A stretch of DNA of 46,488 nucleotides from Candidatus Limnocylindrales bacterium. Lineage in GTDB: Bacteria; Chloroflexota; Limnocylindria; Limnocylindrales; CSP1-4. This document shows positions 8,916 through 18,680 of the stretch, piece after piece. The translations under genes and the position numbers were made by a program. Every line of letters starts with the position of its first letter. Position 1 is the stretch's first letter. The notes below the pieces were generated by a model. That model was not told the origin of the DNA. It did not search any database and worked only from the letters and a program-made list of their open reading frames with translations. The stretch lies in NCBI GenBank assembly GCA_036393495.1, contig DASWGY010000230.1:1-46488 (forward strand), written 5' to 3'.

Positions 8916-10190
8916 GTGAAGAACGTCTCCTACTGGATCGACACGGCGCCGGTGGGCGTCGACTACCGCCGGTCAACCCTGCCCGAGCGGATCGACGCGG
9001 CGGTGATCGGCGGCGGCCTCACGGGCATGTCGGCCGCGATCCACCTCCGGGCAAAGGGTGCCTCGGTCGCTCTCCTCGAGGCCGAGCAGCTCGGCTGGGG
9101 CGCGTCGGCCAGGAACGGCGGCATGTCGACGCCGGGGATCACGATCAACTACCTCGCCGCGATCCAGCGCTACGGCGAGGATGTCGCCAACGAGATGTAC
9201 CTGGCCTACGACGCGGCCCTCAACACGGTCGAGCGCCTCGTGACGACCGAAGCGATCGACTGTGACTTTGCCCGGACCGGCAAGCTCAACCTCGCCTGCC
9301 GGCCGGCCCACTTCGATGCCTACCAGCGGACGGCTCAGGCGCTCGGCGAGAAGCTCGGCCACGAGACGATCGTGGTCCCGCCGGAGAAGATCCGGACCGA
9401 GATCGGTTCCGATTACTACGTCGGTGGCGTGATCGACCCGCGGGGCGGAGGGCTCCACGTCGGGAAGTTCTGCCGCGGGATGGCCGAGGTCGCCGCCCGA
9501 GCCGGTGCCGGGCTCCACGAGGCGGCCAAGGTCACCGGCCTCCGGCGGGTCGATGGCGGCCACGAGGTCCAGACGACGCGAGGGACCCTCGTGGCTCGCC
9601 AGGTGCTCGTCGCGACCGACGGCTACACGGGCGGGGCGACGCCCTTCTACCAGCGCCGGATCGTCCCGGTCGGGAGCTTCATCGTCGCCACGGAGCCCCT
9701 GCCCGAAGCGCTCGTCGACGAGCTCATGCCGACCCGGCGGATGGCCTCCGATTCCAAGAACCTGCTCTACTACTTCCGGATCACGCCCGACAATCGGATG
9801 CTCTTCGGCGGCCGGGCCCAGTTCGCGCTGTCCTCGCCGGCGGCCGACCTCAAGAGCGCGAAGATCCTCCGGAACGGGATGGTCAAGGTCTTTCCGCAGC
9901 TCGCCGACGCCCGGATCGACTACGCCTGGGGCGGGCTCGTCGGCGTCACCCTGGATCGGATGCCCCACGCCGGAGAGCACGACGGGGTCCACTACTCGAT
10001 CGGCTACAACGGCCACGGGGTCCAGATGGCCACCCACATGGGGATGGTCATGGCCGAAGTGATGGACGGCCACCCCGAGGCGAACCCGTGGCGCGGGCTC
10101 CGCTTCCGTGCCATTCCGGGTCATTTCGGGCCACCCTGGTTCCTGCCGTTCGCCGACGCCTACTACAAGCTCCGCGACGCGGTCGGCTGA
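8916..10190 (+). CDS. FAD-dependent oxidoreductase (DAO family), paralog A
   Basis: 424 aa with AAVIGGGLTGMSAAIHL (GxGxxG) and GASARNGG. It resembles gamma-glutamylputrescine oxidase. Confidence 0.85.
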   Translation: MKNVSYWIDTAPVGVDYRRSTLPERIDAAVIGGGLTGMSAAIHLRAKGASVALLEAEQLGWGASARNGGMSTPGITINYLAAIQRYGEDVANEMYLAYDAALNTVERLVTTEAIDCDFARTGKLNLACRPAHFDAYQRTAQALGEKLGHETIVVPPEKIRTEIGSDYYVGGVIDPRGGGLHVGKFCRGMAEVAARAGAGLHEAAKVTGLRRVDGGHEVQTTRGTLVARQVLVATDGYTGGATPFYQRRIVPVGSFIVATEPLPEALVDELMPTRRMASDSKNLLYYFRITPDNRMLFGGRAQFALSSPAADLKSAKILRNGMVKVFPQLADARIDYAWGGLVGVTLDRMPHAGEHDGVHYSIGYNGHGVQMATHMGMVMAEVMDGHPEANPWRGLRFRAIPGHFGPPWFLPFADAYYKLRDAVG

Positions 10191-10203
10191 CGGACCCCGC
10201 GAG

Positions 10204-10941
10204 GTGCGGCTCGACGGCAGGGTGGCAGTCGTCACGGGCGCTTCGGGTGGCATCGGACGCGCCATCGTCCAGGCCTTCGAGGAGGCGGGTGCGCGACAGG
10301 TCCTGACCGGCCGGAGCGAGGCGCCGGAGGGGCTCCCGGATGGCGCCCGGTATCTTGCCGGGGATGTCCTGGACGAATCCTTCGTCGAGCGCCTCATCGA
10401 GACTGCCCACGGCGAGTTCGGCCGGCTTGACGTCCTCGTCAACTGTCACGGTCGGCAGTTCGACTCGGACCTCGAGACCACCGACGTCAGGGACGCGAGC
10501 GCGGTCCTCGCGACGAACGTGACCGGAGCGTTCATCACGATGAAGCACGCCATCCCGCTGATGCTGGCCTCGGGCGGTGGCTCGATCGTCAACATCGCCT
10601 CCCGGCTCGGCATCGTCGGGATCGCCGGCCAGGCGATCTACTCGGCCTCCAAGGGCGGCCTCATCCTCCTGTCGAAGGGTGCCGCCATCGAGTACGCGGA
10701 TCGCGGCATCCGGGTCAACGTCGTGGCCCCCGGGCTGACGTTGACCCCAACCATCGAGGCGGCCTTCGGGCGCCGGCCGGATCCCGAGGCATACACGCGC
10801 CAGCGTGCCTCGACCATCCCGATGAAGCGCCTCGCCCGGCCCGAGGAGATCGCCGCCGCGGTCGTGTTCCTCGCGTCCGACGCCGCGAGCTACATCACCG
10901 GCGCAGTGTTGCCCGTCGACGGCGGCTACACCGCAGCATGA
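10204..10941 (+). CDS. SDR-family oxidoreductase
   Basis: Start trimmed to the GTG at 10204, just after the upstream stop. It has VTGASGGIGRAI (TGxxxGxG), NIAS and YSASK (YxxxK). Confidence 0.85.
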   Translation: MRLDGRVAVVTGASGGIGRAIVQAFEEAGARQVLTGRSEAPEGLPDGARYLAGDVLDESFVERLIETAHGEFGRLDVLVNCHGRQFDSDLETTDVRDASAVLATNVTGAFITMKHAIPLMLASGGGSIVNIASRLGIVGIAGQAIYSASKGGLILLSKGAAIEYADRGIRVNVVAPGLTLTPTIEAAFGRRPDPEAYTRQRASTIPMKRLARPEEIAAAVVFLASDAASYITGAVLPVDGGYTAA

Positions 10942-12308
10942 CGGCCGATCTGGCCTGGGGGTCGATCCGCGAGATCACGGGCGAGGTCCGCTCCGGCCAC
11001 GTGTCTGTGGTGGAGCTCCTCGAGGCCCAGCTGGCGAGGATCGAGCGCCTCCAGCCGGCCCTGAACGCGATCGCGACACTCGACGCCGGAGGCGCGCGGC
11101 TGGCCGCGCGGGCGGCCGATGCGGCACTGGACCGAGGAGACCCGGTCGGCCCGCTGCACGGGATCGCCCTGACCATCAAGGACTCCCATGCCGTCGCCGG
11201 AGTGCGATCGACGATCGGGGTCGCCGCGGTCGGAGACCGGGTGCCCGCCGAGGACGGCACCGTGGCGGCTCGGCTTCGTGCGGCGGGCGCGATCATTCTC
11301 GGCAAGACGAACCTGGCCTCATGGCTCTACGACATCCAGACGGTCAGCGAGCTCTTCGGTAGAACGAACAACCCCTGGGAGCTCGGGCGGACGGTGGGCG
11401 GTTCCTCCGGTGGGTCTGCCGCAGCCGTCGCCGCGGGTCTCTCGGTCGCCGACGTCGGGAGCGACTGTGGGGGCTCGGTCCGGATCCCTGCCTCGTTCTG
11501 CGGCGTCGTCGGCTTCAAGCCGACCGAGGGTCGGATCCCCGAGACCGGCCACCAGTGGACGGGGCGGCCACGGAGCCACTGGTACATGGAGTCGATCGGC
11601 CCACTGGCTCGGTCCGTCGAGGACGTCGAGCGGCTGTTCTCGATCCTTGCCGGGCCGGACGGGAGCGACTGGACCATCCCGCCTGTGCCACTCTCGTTGC
11701 GACGTCCCGCGGCGCTCCGCGGCCTTCGGGTGGCGGTCTGTGACGCGCTGCCCGGTCAGCCCGTGCAAGCCGAGGTCCGGGCGGCGGTGCGCCGTGTCGG
11801 GGAAATCCTCTCGGCCGAAGGGGCGATCGTGGAGCCGGCCCTGCCGGTCGTCGACTGGGACGCCCAGGCCGCGCTGCGCAGTCGCCTCTTCCGGTTCGCC
11901 GACCAGGCTGTCGTCGCCGATGGAGGAGGGGCGGGCGACGTGACGGAGTTCTTCGAGAGCCTCGACCAGCGGTCCCGCTTCGTGCGTGCGTGGACGTCGT
12001 TCTTCGAGACCTGGGACGTCCTCCTCCTGCCGTCGACGAACCGGACGGCCTTCACGCATCGGCCGAACCACGAGCCGCAGGAGATCGACGGCGCCCTGGT
12101 CGCCTACTGGACCCCGGAGCGCCACACGCAACCGGCGAACCTCACCGGAGGGCCGGCGATCAGCCTCCCAGCCGGCCTCGACGCCGACGGCCTGCCCATC
12201 GGCGTCCAGCTCGTTGGCGACCGGTGGCAGGACGAACGGCTTCTGGCGATCGCGCGGAGCGTGGAGCCGATCGCCGGCGGCTTTCTCCGACCACCGGTCG
12301 ATGCCTGA
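10938..12308 (+). CDS. amidase (amidase-signature family)
   Basis: 456 aa with the GGSSGGSAAAVAAG signature. The start overlaps the SDR stop (ATGA). Confidence 0.9.
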   Translation: MTADLAWGSIREITGEVRSGHVSVVELLEAQLARIERLQPALNAIATLDAGGARLAARAADAALDRGDPVGPLHGIALTIKDSHAVAGVRSTIGVAAVGDRVPAEDGTVAARLRAAGAIILGKTNLASWLYDIQTVSELFGRTNNPWELGRTVGGSSGGSAAAVAAGLSVADVGSDCGGSVRIPASFCGVVGFKPTEGRIPETGHQWTGRPRSHWYMESIGPLARSVEDVERLFSILAGPDGSDWTIPPVPLSLRRPAALRGLRVAVCDALPGQPVQAEVRAAVRRVGEILSAEGAIVEPALPVVDWDAQAALRSRLFRFADQAVVADGGGAGDVTEFFESLDQRSRFVRAWTSFFETWDVLLLPSTNRTAFTHRPNHEPQEIDGALVAYWTPERHTQPANLTGGPAISLPAGLDADGLPIGVQLVGDRWQDERLLAIARSVEPIAGGFLRPPVDA

Positions 12309-13284
12309 CGCCGCGCGGCAGGTCCCCGGCCGGATCCACGTGGTCCTGGTGGGGACGTGTCCGCCGGACGCCCGGCCGGGGCTGGCTGCGGCGATCGGTG
12401 ACGGGACGCTCGTCGACCTCGATGCCGCCACCGACGCGGACCTCCGCTCCGCGAACGCGGCGCTGGTGTGGGACTTTCGATGGACGGGGCTCGCCGAGCT
12501 CCTTGCGCGGGCGCCGCAGCTCTCGTGGGTCCAGGCGGCCTCTGCCGGCGTGGACCACCTCCGCGAGGCCCTCGTCGGGCGGCCCGACATCGTGCTGACG
12601 AACGCGGCCGGTGTCTATGAGCGGCCGATGGCCGAGTACGTCCTCGGGTTGATCCTCGCCCATGCCAAGGGCCTTTCGGCGACCTACGCCGCGCAGCGGG
12701 ACCGAGCCTGGCGCTACCGCGAGACGGCCCTCGTTGCCGGGTCGACCCTCGTCGTCGTCGGTGCCGGCCGGATCGGGACGGCGGTCGCGGCCCTGGCTGC
12801 CGCGGTCGGGATGGACGTGCTCGGCGTGCGGCGAACACCGGCCATGCCACCTCCGAAGCCGTTCTCGTCGATCGTCGGGATCGATGCGCTCGTGCCGACG
12901 ATCGCACAGGCCGACTACGTCGTCGTCACGACACCGGCGACGACGTCGACCGCCGGGCTGCTCGACTCCGCCGCACTCAGGGCCATGAAGCCCTCGGCCT
13001 ACCTCATCAACGTCGGGCGGGCCGCCGTCGTCGACACCGGTGCGCTCGTCGAGGCGCTGATCTCGGGCACCATCGCCGGTGCGGCGCTCGACGTCGTTGA
13101 GGACGAGCCCCTGCCGCCGGGCAGCCCGCTGTGGGTGGTCCCGAACCTCCTCATCTCGCCCCACATGTCGGCTGACGCCCACGGCTGGGCGACCCGCGTG
13201 GTCAAGCAGTTCGCCCGGAACGTCGCCCTCCGAGCCGCCGGACGGGCGCTCGAGTCGCGAGTCGATCCGGCGCGAGGCTACTGA
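12301..13284 (+). CDS. D-isomer-specific 2-hydroxyacid dehydrogenase family protein
   Basis: Start trimmed to the ATG at 12301, which overlaps the amidase stop by 8 nt. It has VVGAGRIGTAVA (NAD fold), a later INVGR motif, and a C-terminal ...D...SPH. Confidence 0.8.
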   Translation: MPDAARQVPGRIHVVLVGTCPPDARPGLAAAIGDGTLVDLDAATDADLRSANAALVWDFRWTGLAELLARAPQLSWVQAASAGVDHLREALVGRPDIVLTNAAGVYERPMAEYVLGLILAHAKGLSATYAAQRDRAWRYRETALVAGSTLVVVGAGRIGTAVAALAAAVGMDVLGVRRTPAMPPPKPFSSIVGIDALVPTIAQADYVVVTTPATTSTAGLLDSAALRAMKPSAYLINVGRAAVVDTGALVEALISGTIAGAALDVVEDEPLPPGSPLWVVPNLLISPHMSADAHGWATRVVKQFARNVALRAAGRALESRVDPARGY

Positions 13285-14510
13285 GTTCCCGTTGCCGTGC
13301 CTCCCGTCGGCGCCCCGATGACGCCGGCCGCCACGCCATCACGGAGCTCCACGCCGAAGCCGGGCCGCTCGCTCAGCGTGATGTGCCCATCTCGAACTTC
13401 GGCTTCGCCGCTGAAGAGCGTCGAGAAGAACGTGTCTCCGTCGACGTACTCACTCGGGAAGAACTCCGCCAGGGGCGAGTTGAGGTGGCTGATGACGAGG
13501 TGGAGGTTGTGGAAGTTGTGGGAGTGGGGGATGACCTCGAGGTCGTGGGCCTGGGCCAGCGCCCAGACCTTCCGGGCCTCGGTGATGCCGCCCATCCGGT
13601 TGACGTCGGGCTGGAGATAGTCCACCGCGCCGGCCTGGATGAGGGCCCGAAAGCCCCAGCGCGTGAACTCGTGCTCGCCCCCGGCGATCGGCGTCCCGAC
13701 GGCCGATCGGATCCTGGCGTAGCCGGCGACATCGTCGGGGATCACCGGCTCCTCGATCCAGGTGAGGTGAAACGGCTCGAGCATGCGGATCATCTCGATC
13801 GCGTACGGCACGTTCCAGCCCATGTACGCATCGCCCATGAGGTCGACGTCGTCGCCCAGAGCATCGCGAAGGGCCCGCACGCAATCGAGGTTGCGGCGCA
13901 TGCCCGGGCGGCCGTCGCGGGGCCCGTATCCGAACCACATCTTGAAGCCGGTGAGCCCGTAGCGGTCCATCCGCTCGCGCGCCCGGCGGGCCATGTCATC
14001 GGGCGAGGCGGTGGTGTGGCCGGCCGAGCAGTAGGCACGGATCCGCTGCCGGGTCCGGCCGCCGAGGAGGTTGTAGACGGGCTGCCCGACAACTTTGCCG
14101 AGGGCGTCCCAGATCGCGATGTCCACGCCGCTGATTGCCTCGAGGACCAGGCCCTTCCGCCCGATGTTGATCGTGCTCCGGTACATGCGCTCCCAGGCGA
14201 GCTCGGTGTCGAAGACGGAGGCGCCCAGCACGAGCGGGCGGAGGTGATGGTCGACGACGTCGGCGACGGCCGACGACCCCAGGGCGATGCCGCCGAGACC
14301 CTGCTGCCCGCCCTCGGTCGTGACCCTGACGATGACCGTGAAGACGGGATCGGACCGGAGATCCGGCACCCCGTTGTAGACGCCCATCGCCCGGGCGCGA
14401 TCGCGGTCGCCGTCCTCGTAGACCGCATCGAGCGGGCTCGTCGTCCAGCCTTCGGCGGGAGCCCACGCCGGAGCCGGCACGCGGATGGTCTCGACGTTCG
14501 TGATGCGCAC
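13278..14510 (-). CDS. enolase-superfamily enzyme (mandelate racemase/muconate lactonizing family), L-rhamnonate dehydratase-like
   Basis: 410 aa. The block GPRDGRPGMRRNLD...DAYMGW...WIEEP...GGEHE...QPDV...PHS parallels the RhmD-type acid-sugar dehydratase pattern. Confidence 0.82.
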   Translation of the reverse strand: MRITNVETIRVPAPAWAPAEGWTTSPLDAVYEDGDRDRARAMGVYNGVPDLRSDPVFTVIVRVTTEGGQQGLGGIALGSSAVADVVDHHLRPLVLGASVFDTELAWERMYRSTINIGRKGLVLEAISGVDIAIWDALGKVVGQPVYNLLGGRTRQRIRAYCSAGHTTASPDDMARRARERMDRYGLTGFKMWFGYGPRDGRPGMRRNLDCVRALRDALGDDVDLMGDAYMGWNVPYAIEMIRMLEPFHLTWIEEPVIPDDVAGYARIRSAVGTPIAGGEHEFTRWGFRALIQAGAVDYLQPDVNRMGGITEARKVWALAQAHDLEVIPHSHNFHNLHLVISHLNSPLAEFFPSEYVDGDTFFSTLFSGEAEVRDGHITLSERPGFGVELRDGVAAGVIGAPTGGTATGTQ

Positions 14511-14531
14511 CCGCCCTCCCCTTGCTCGTCG

Positions 14532-14543
14532 ACTGTTGACAAC
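14532..14543. promoter_or_regulatory. island operator/-35 element ACTGTTGACAAC in the divergent enolase / HAD-2 intergenic region
   Basis: It is an exact copy of the ACTGTTGACA 10-mer. It sits inside a possible TTGCTC-17-TACTAT promoter on the + strand and just downstream of a TATAGT on the - strand. Confidence 0.45.
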
Positions 14544-14596
14544 ATACTATACCTGTGCGCAGTCGGCCAGCACCCGACCAGGCCAAGGAGGTTCGC

Positions 14597-15280
14597 GTGA
14601 CCATCGAGATCCGCCCGAGGTTCGTTTCCTTTGACCTCTACGGCACGCTCATTGACTACGAGTACGACACGAACGTGCGGCGGATCCTCGGCGACCGTCT
14701 CCCGCCCGACCTCGTCGACCAGTTCGAGCTTGCCGGCGAGGCGATCCGCTTCGACGAGGTCATGGGTGACTGGAAGCCCTATCACGAGGTCATCGCCCGC
14801 TCCCTGCGCCGGACGATGGAGAAGTTCGGGATCGAGTACCGCGACGCGGACGGTCGGCAGGCCTACGAGGCAATCGGAACGTTCGAGCCGTACCCCGACG
14901 TCCCGCGGGCCCTCGCCCGCCTCGCCGATCACTACCCGCTCGTCATCCTGTCCAACGCCGACGACGCCCAGATCGCCGACAACGTCGCCCGCCTCGGCGT
15001 CCCGCTCCATGCCGTGATCACTGCCGAGCAGGCACGCGCCTACAAGCCGCGCCTCGCCGCCTTCGAGCACATGCTCGGCGCTCTCGGAGCCGGCCCGGAC
15101 GAGATCGTCCACGTCTCCTCGAGCCCGATGTACGACCACCGCCCGGCCCAGGATGTCGGGATCACGAACAAGGTGCTCATGGATCGCGGCTGGGAGCCTG
15201 ACCAGCCGTGGCTCAGCTACGTCCGGATCCGCGACATCGCCGACCTGCCCGCAGTCCTCGGCGCGGGTGCCGGCGTCTAG
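14597..15280 (+). CDS. HAD-superfamily hydrolase, haloacid dehalogenase type II-like, copy 2 (paralog of 8222-8893)
   Basis: Start trimmed to the GTG at 14597 after AAGGAGGTTCGC. It has FDLYGTL, ILSN, YKPRLAAFEHML and VHVSSS. By eye it is about half identical to copy 1 along the full length. Confidence 0.8.
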   Translation: MTIEIRPRFVSFDLYGTLIDYEYDTNVRRILGDRLPPDLVDQFELAGEAIRFDEVMGDWKPYHEVIARSLRRTMEKFGIEYRDADGRQAYEAIGTFEPYPDVPRALARLADHYPLVILSNADDAQIADNVARLGVPLHAVITAEQARAYKPRLAAFEHMLGALGAGPDEIVHVSSSPMYDHRPAQDVGITNKVLMDRGWEPDQPWLSYVRIRDIADLPAVLGAGAGV

Positions 15281-15287
15281 CGCCGGC

Positions 15288-16436
15288 GTGACGACGCCCG
15301 ACCCGGCAGCCCCGACGACCCCGGTCCTCCCACCGGCCCCGCTGGGCGTCGTCACCCCGACGATCCCGCCAGGCGTCGTCACGCCCGCGATCCTGCTCGA
15401 CCTGGCGATCGTCGACTCGAACATCGCACGGATGCAAGACCTGGCCCTGACCGCAGGTGTCGCGCTCCGCCCCCACGTCAAGACCCACAAGTCGCTGGCC
15501 ATCGGGCGTCGCCAGATCGAGGCCGGCGCGGCCGGGATCACGGCCGGCACGATGGGCGAGGTCGAGGCCTTCGCCGCGGCCGGCTTCGACGACATCTTCT
15601 TCGCCTACACGGTCTTCGCGACCCGAGCCCGGGTGGAGCGGCTCCGCCGGGTCCGCGAGGTCGCGCGGCTCCGCGTCGGGCTCGACTCGCGGCCGGCGGC
15701 CGAGGCCCTCGCCGCTGGATTCGCCGGGCTCGACCCGCTCGAGGTCGTCATCGAGGTCGACTGCGGCGCCCATCGCTGCGGTGTACCCCCCGAGGCGGCC
15801 GGCGAGCTCGGGGCGTATGCGCGCTCCCTCGGCCTGCTGCCGGTCGGGGCGTTCACCTACCCCGGTCATGGCGATCTGGACCGGGATGCGCCGGCACGGG
15901 CCTCGGGCGATGAGATCGCGGCGCTGACGACCGCGGCCGACGCCCTCAGGGCTGAAGGGATCGAGGCCACCGTCCTGAGCGGTGGCTCGACCCCGACGTC
16001 GGCCCTGTCGGCTCGGCGGCCGCTCACCGAGATCCGGCCCGGCGAGTATGTCTACAACGACCTCGGCAAGCTCCGGGTCGGGGCCTGTGGCCCGGCCGAC
16101 CTCGCATGCTTCGTCGCCGCGACGGTGGTCAGCGACGCCGTGCCGGGGCAGGTGATCGTCGACGTCGGCACCAAGGCGCTGGGCCGCGAGGGCTCCGTCG
16201 AGCGAGGGTACGGCACGGCTCCCACCGTCGCCGGGGCCGTCCTCACCAAGCTCAACGAGTATCACGGATACCTGGCGATCCCGACCGGCGTTCGACGGCC
16301 GGCTGTCGGGGACGTGCTCGCGATCGCCCCGAATCATGTCTGTCCGGTGGTAAACCTGTTCGATGACATGCTCGTCCACGCGGCCGGTCGTCCGGTTGGC
16401 CGCTGGCCGATCGACGCCCGCGGCCATCTCAGCTGA
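15288..16436 (+). CDS. PLP-dependent alanine-racemase-fold enzyme, DSD1 / D-threonine aldolase / D-3-hydroxyaspartate dehydratase-like
   Basis: PAILLDLAIVDSNIARM...LRPHVKTHKS (lysine in the HxKT motif)...GITAGTMGEVE. The start is uncertain. The GTG at 15288 is the only canonical start between the upstream stop and the conserved core. Confidence 0.72.
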   Translation: MTTPDPAAPTTPVLPPAPLGVVTPTIPPGVVTPAILLDLAIVDSNIARMQDLALTAGVALRPHVKTHKSLAIGRRQIEAGAAGITAGTMGEVEAFAAAGFDDIFFAYTVFATRARVERLRRVREVARLRVGLDSRPAAEALAAGFAGLDPLEVVIEVDCGAHRCGVPPEAAGELGAYARSLGLLPVGAFTYPGHGDLDRDAPARASGDEIAALTTAADALRAEGIEATVLSGGSTPTSALSARRPLTEIRPGEYVYNDLGKLRVGACGPADLACFVAATVVSDAVPGQVIVDVGTKALGREGSVERGYGTAPTVAGAVLTKLNEYHGYLAIPTGVRRPAVGDVLAIAPNHVCPVVNLFDDMLVHAAGRPVGRWPIDARGHLS

Positions 16437-16447
16437 GGAGGACCCCG

Positions 16448-16819
16448 ATGCCGAAGTCAATCCCAGCAGACGCCGTCTCCACGGGCGACCCGTACTCGGA
16501 GATCGTCGAGGCCAGCGGACTCGTGTTCGTGGCCGGGCAGATCGGGATCGGCCGCGACCAGCGGGCCGAGGAGGTGCCGTTCCAGGACGAGGTCCGGGCG
16601 ATGTTCGGACGCGTCGAAGCTGCCCTCGCCCGGGTCGGGCTGGGCCTCGACAGCGTTGTCCGCTGCACGGTCTACCTGACCGACTTCGAGACCTTCGCCC
16701 AGATGAACGACGTCTTCAGGAGTGTCTTTCCGACGCAACCGCCGGCGCGGGCGACCGTGGGCGTGACGCGACTCGCCCGCGATTGCCGGATCGAGGTCGA
16801 GGTGACTGCCGCTCGCTGA
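16448..16819 (+). CDS. RidA/YjgF/UK114-family enamine/imine deaminase
   Basis: 123 aa with GLVFVAGQIG...VYLTDF...ARATVGV..L....IEVEV, typical of the RidA family. Confidence 0.85.
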   Translation: MPKSIPADAVSTGDPYSEIVEASGLVFVAGQIGIGRDQRAEEVPFQDEVRAMFGRVEAALARVGLGLDSVVRCTVYLTDFETFAQMNDVFRSVFPTQPPARATVGVTRLARDCRIEVEVTAAR

Positions 16820-16849
16820 GGGATCGTCGACCGCCAGACGGCCGGCCTC

Positions 16850-17254
16850 CTAGCCCGCGATGACCTTGCGGTAAGCCAGCTTGGCGAGGACGAGGCCGTC
16901 CCTGAACTCGAAGAAGTCGGCGCCCTCCACCGATCCGGCAACGCCGTCCTTGTCGACGAAGTCGCTCGTCCAGCGGGCGAATCCCAGATCACCGTACAGG
17001 TAGGTGTGGTGGTACTCGTGGGTGCTCGAGCGGTTCGTCGACGCGGCATGCATCGCCTCCAGGCCGGCGCGGACGCCCTCGGGACCGACGAACCGGTTGC
17101 CGTACGGGTGGGGCCCGTATGACGCTTCGTAGACGCCGTCGGGATGGGTCATGGCGCAGATCTCGTCGACGTTGCTCGTCGACCAGGCGTGGAGATAGCG
17201 CTCGAACAGCGCGGCATTGGCAGTCCGGGATCCAGGATCGGTCTCGGTCGTCAT
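16850..17254 (-). CDS. SnoaL/NTF2-like fold protein
   Basis: Start trimmed to the ATG at 17254, which is preceded by AGGGAGG. The 134-aa product has FERYLHAW...DEI..M.HPDGVYE...FFEFRDGL, as in SnoaL-like domains. Confidence 0.6.
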   Translation of the reverse strand: MTTETDPGSRTANAALFERYLHAWSTSNVDEICAMTHPDGVYEASYGPHPYGNRFVGPEGVRAGLEAMHAASTNRSSTHEYHHTYLYGDLGFARWTSDFVDKDGVAGSVEGADFFEFRDGLVLAKLAYRKVIAG

Positions 17255-17297
17255 GACGGCCTCCCTGCGGGCGTGCGTCGGCGTCTCGGGCTGCCCG

Positions 17298-18653
17298 TCA
17301 GGCCACGAGCCGCGCCTTGTGGTACGTCCCGTCCGCGAAGCGGCCGTGGCGGAAGGCGTGCAGGTCGAGCGAGGGCTGCCGGTCAGCGATCTGCTCGGCG
17401 ACCAGCCGCCCGACGATCGGACCCATCCCGAACCCATGACCGCTGAAGCCGGTCGCCACGACGAGGCCGGCAGGCGACGAGAGCTCGTCGATCACCGGGA
17501 TCGCGTCAGGTGTCGTGTCCGTGTACCCGGCCCAAGCCCGATCGATCTCGATCGGAATCGTCGGGAAGATCCTGCGGAAGTTGGCGACCGCACTCCGGAC
17601 CTTCTCGGGATTCGCCGGCGGGGAGAGCACGCGGTCGTGCCGGAGCTGCCAGGGGAGGTCACGACGGAGGGCCCGACGACGGAGGTCCTCGAGCAACGGC
17701 CGCCCGACGTGGACCTTGATCATCTTCCGGTTCTTCAGGTAGTTGGGCAGGAATGCCCGGAGGTGCGAGAACGAATCGAGCGTAATGTCGTAGTCGCTCC
17801 AGCCGCCGGCGGCGAGGTACAGGGCTCCGCTGTGGCGTTGCCGGAGCGATACGACGGGGTGGTAGCCGACGCCCATCTCGGTGATCCGCTCCACGGGCCT
17901 TGTCCGCGCCACGGACGTGTGGACGATGCGGACGGGCAGGTCGACGCCGACGCCGCCCAGCAGCCGGGCCGCCCAGACCCCGGCGGCACAGACCACGTGT
18001 TCGGCCCGGATCGCGCCGCGTTCCGTGGCGACGCCTGTGACGCGGCCGCCCGCGACCAGGATCCTGTCGACCGCGCAGTCCTCGGCGATGACGACGCCCC
18101 GGGCCTCCGCGGCTGAGGCAAACGCTCGAGTCGCGAGCAACGGCTCGGCGTGCGCATCGGACGGGGTGTACATGGCTCCGAGCCACTCGCCTTCGAGGGC
18201 AGGGAGGAGGCGCCGGATCTCGGCCTGGTCGATGATTCGGGTGTCGAGGCCGGCGGCCTCGGCGAGCTTGACCCAGCTCTCGAAGAAGGCGATCCGCGCC
18301 GGGTCGGTGGCGAGCGCGAGGTTGCCGGCCTGGGTCCATTCGATCGACGCGCCGAGCTCGGCCTCGAGCGCCCGCCATCGGGCGTTCGAGGCCTGCATGA
18401 GCGGCAGCTCGTCCTCGTCGCGGGCCTGCTGGCGGACCCAGCCCCAGTTGCGCCCCGATTGCTCGCCGCCCACCCGGCCCTTCTCGAGGAGGACGACCGA
18501 GGCGCCCTTGACGCTGAGCTCGTAGGCGGTCGCCGCACCCATGATCCCGCCGCCGATCACGACGACGTCCGCCCGGGCGGGGAGATCGGCGATCGGCGCA
18601 CCGCCGATGCCGGCGTCGTCCCAGGGCGGGCGATGCTCGTAGCCGATCGTCAT
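17298..18653 (-). CDS. FAD-dependent oxidoreductase (DAO family), paralog B
   Basis: 451 aa with DVVVIGGGIMGAATAYEL and GGEQSGRNWGWVRQQ, as in opine/amine/D-amino-acid oxidase-type flavoproteins. Confidence 0.85.
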   Translation of the reverse strand: MTIGYEHRPPWDDAGIGGAPIADLPARADVVVIGGGIMGAATAYELSVKGASVVLLEKGRVGGEQSGRNWGWVRQQARDEDELPLMQASNARWRALEAELGASIEWTQAGNLALATDPARIAFFESWVKLAEAAGLDTRIIDQAEIRRLLPALEGEWLGAMYTPSDAHAEPLLATRAFASAAEARGVVIAEDCAVDRILVAGGRVTGVATERGAIRAEHVVCAAGVWAARLLGGVGVDLPVRIVHTSVARTRPVERITEMGVGYHPVVSLRQRHSGALYLAAGGWSDYDITLDSFSHLRAFLPNYLKNRKMIKVHVGRPLLEDLRRRALRRDLPWQLRHDRVLSPPANPEKVRSAVANFRRIFPTIPIEIDRAWAGYTDTTPDAIPVIDELSSPAGLVVATGFSGHGFGMGPIVGRLVAEQIADRQPSLDLHAFRHGRFADGTYHKARLVA

Positions 18654-18680
18654 GGTGGGCCTCGATTCAGTCAGGAAGCC

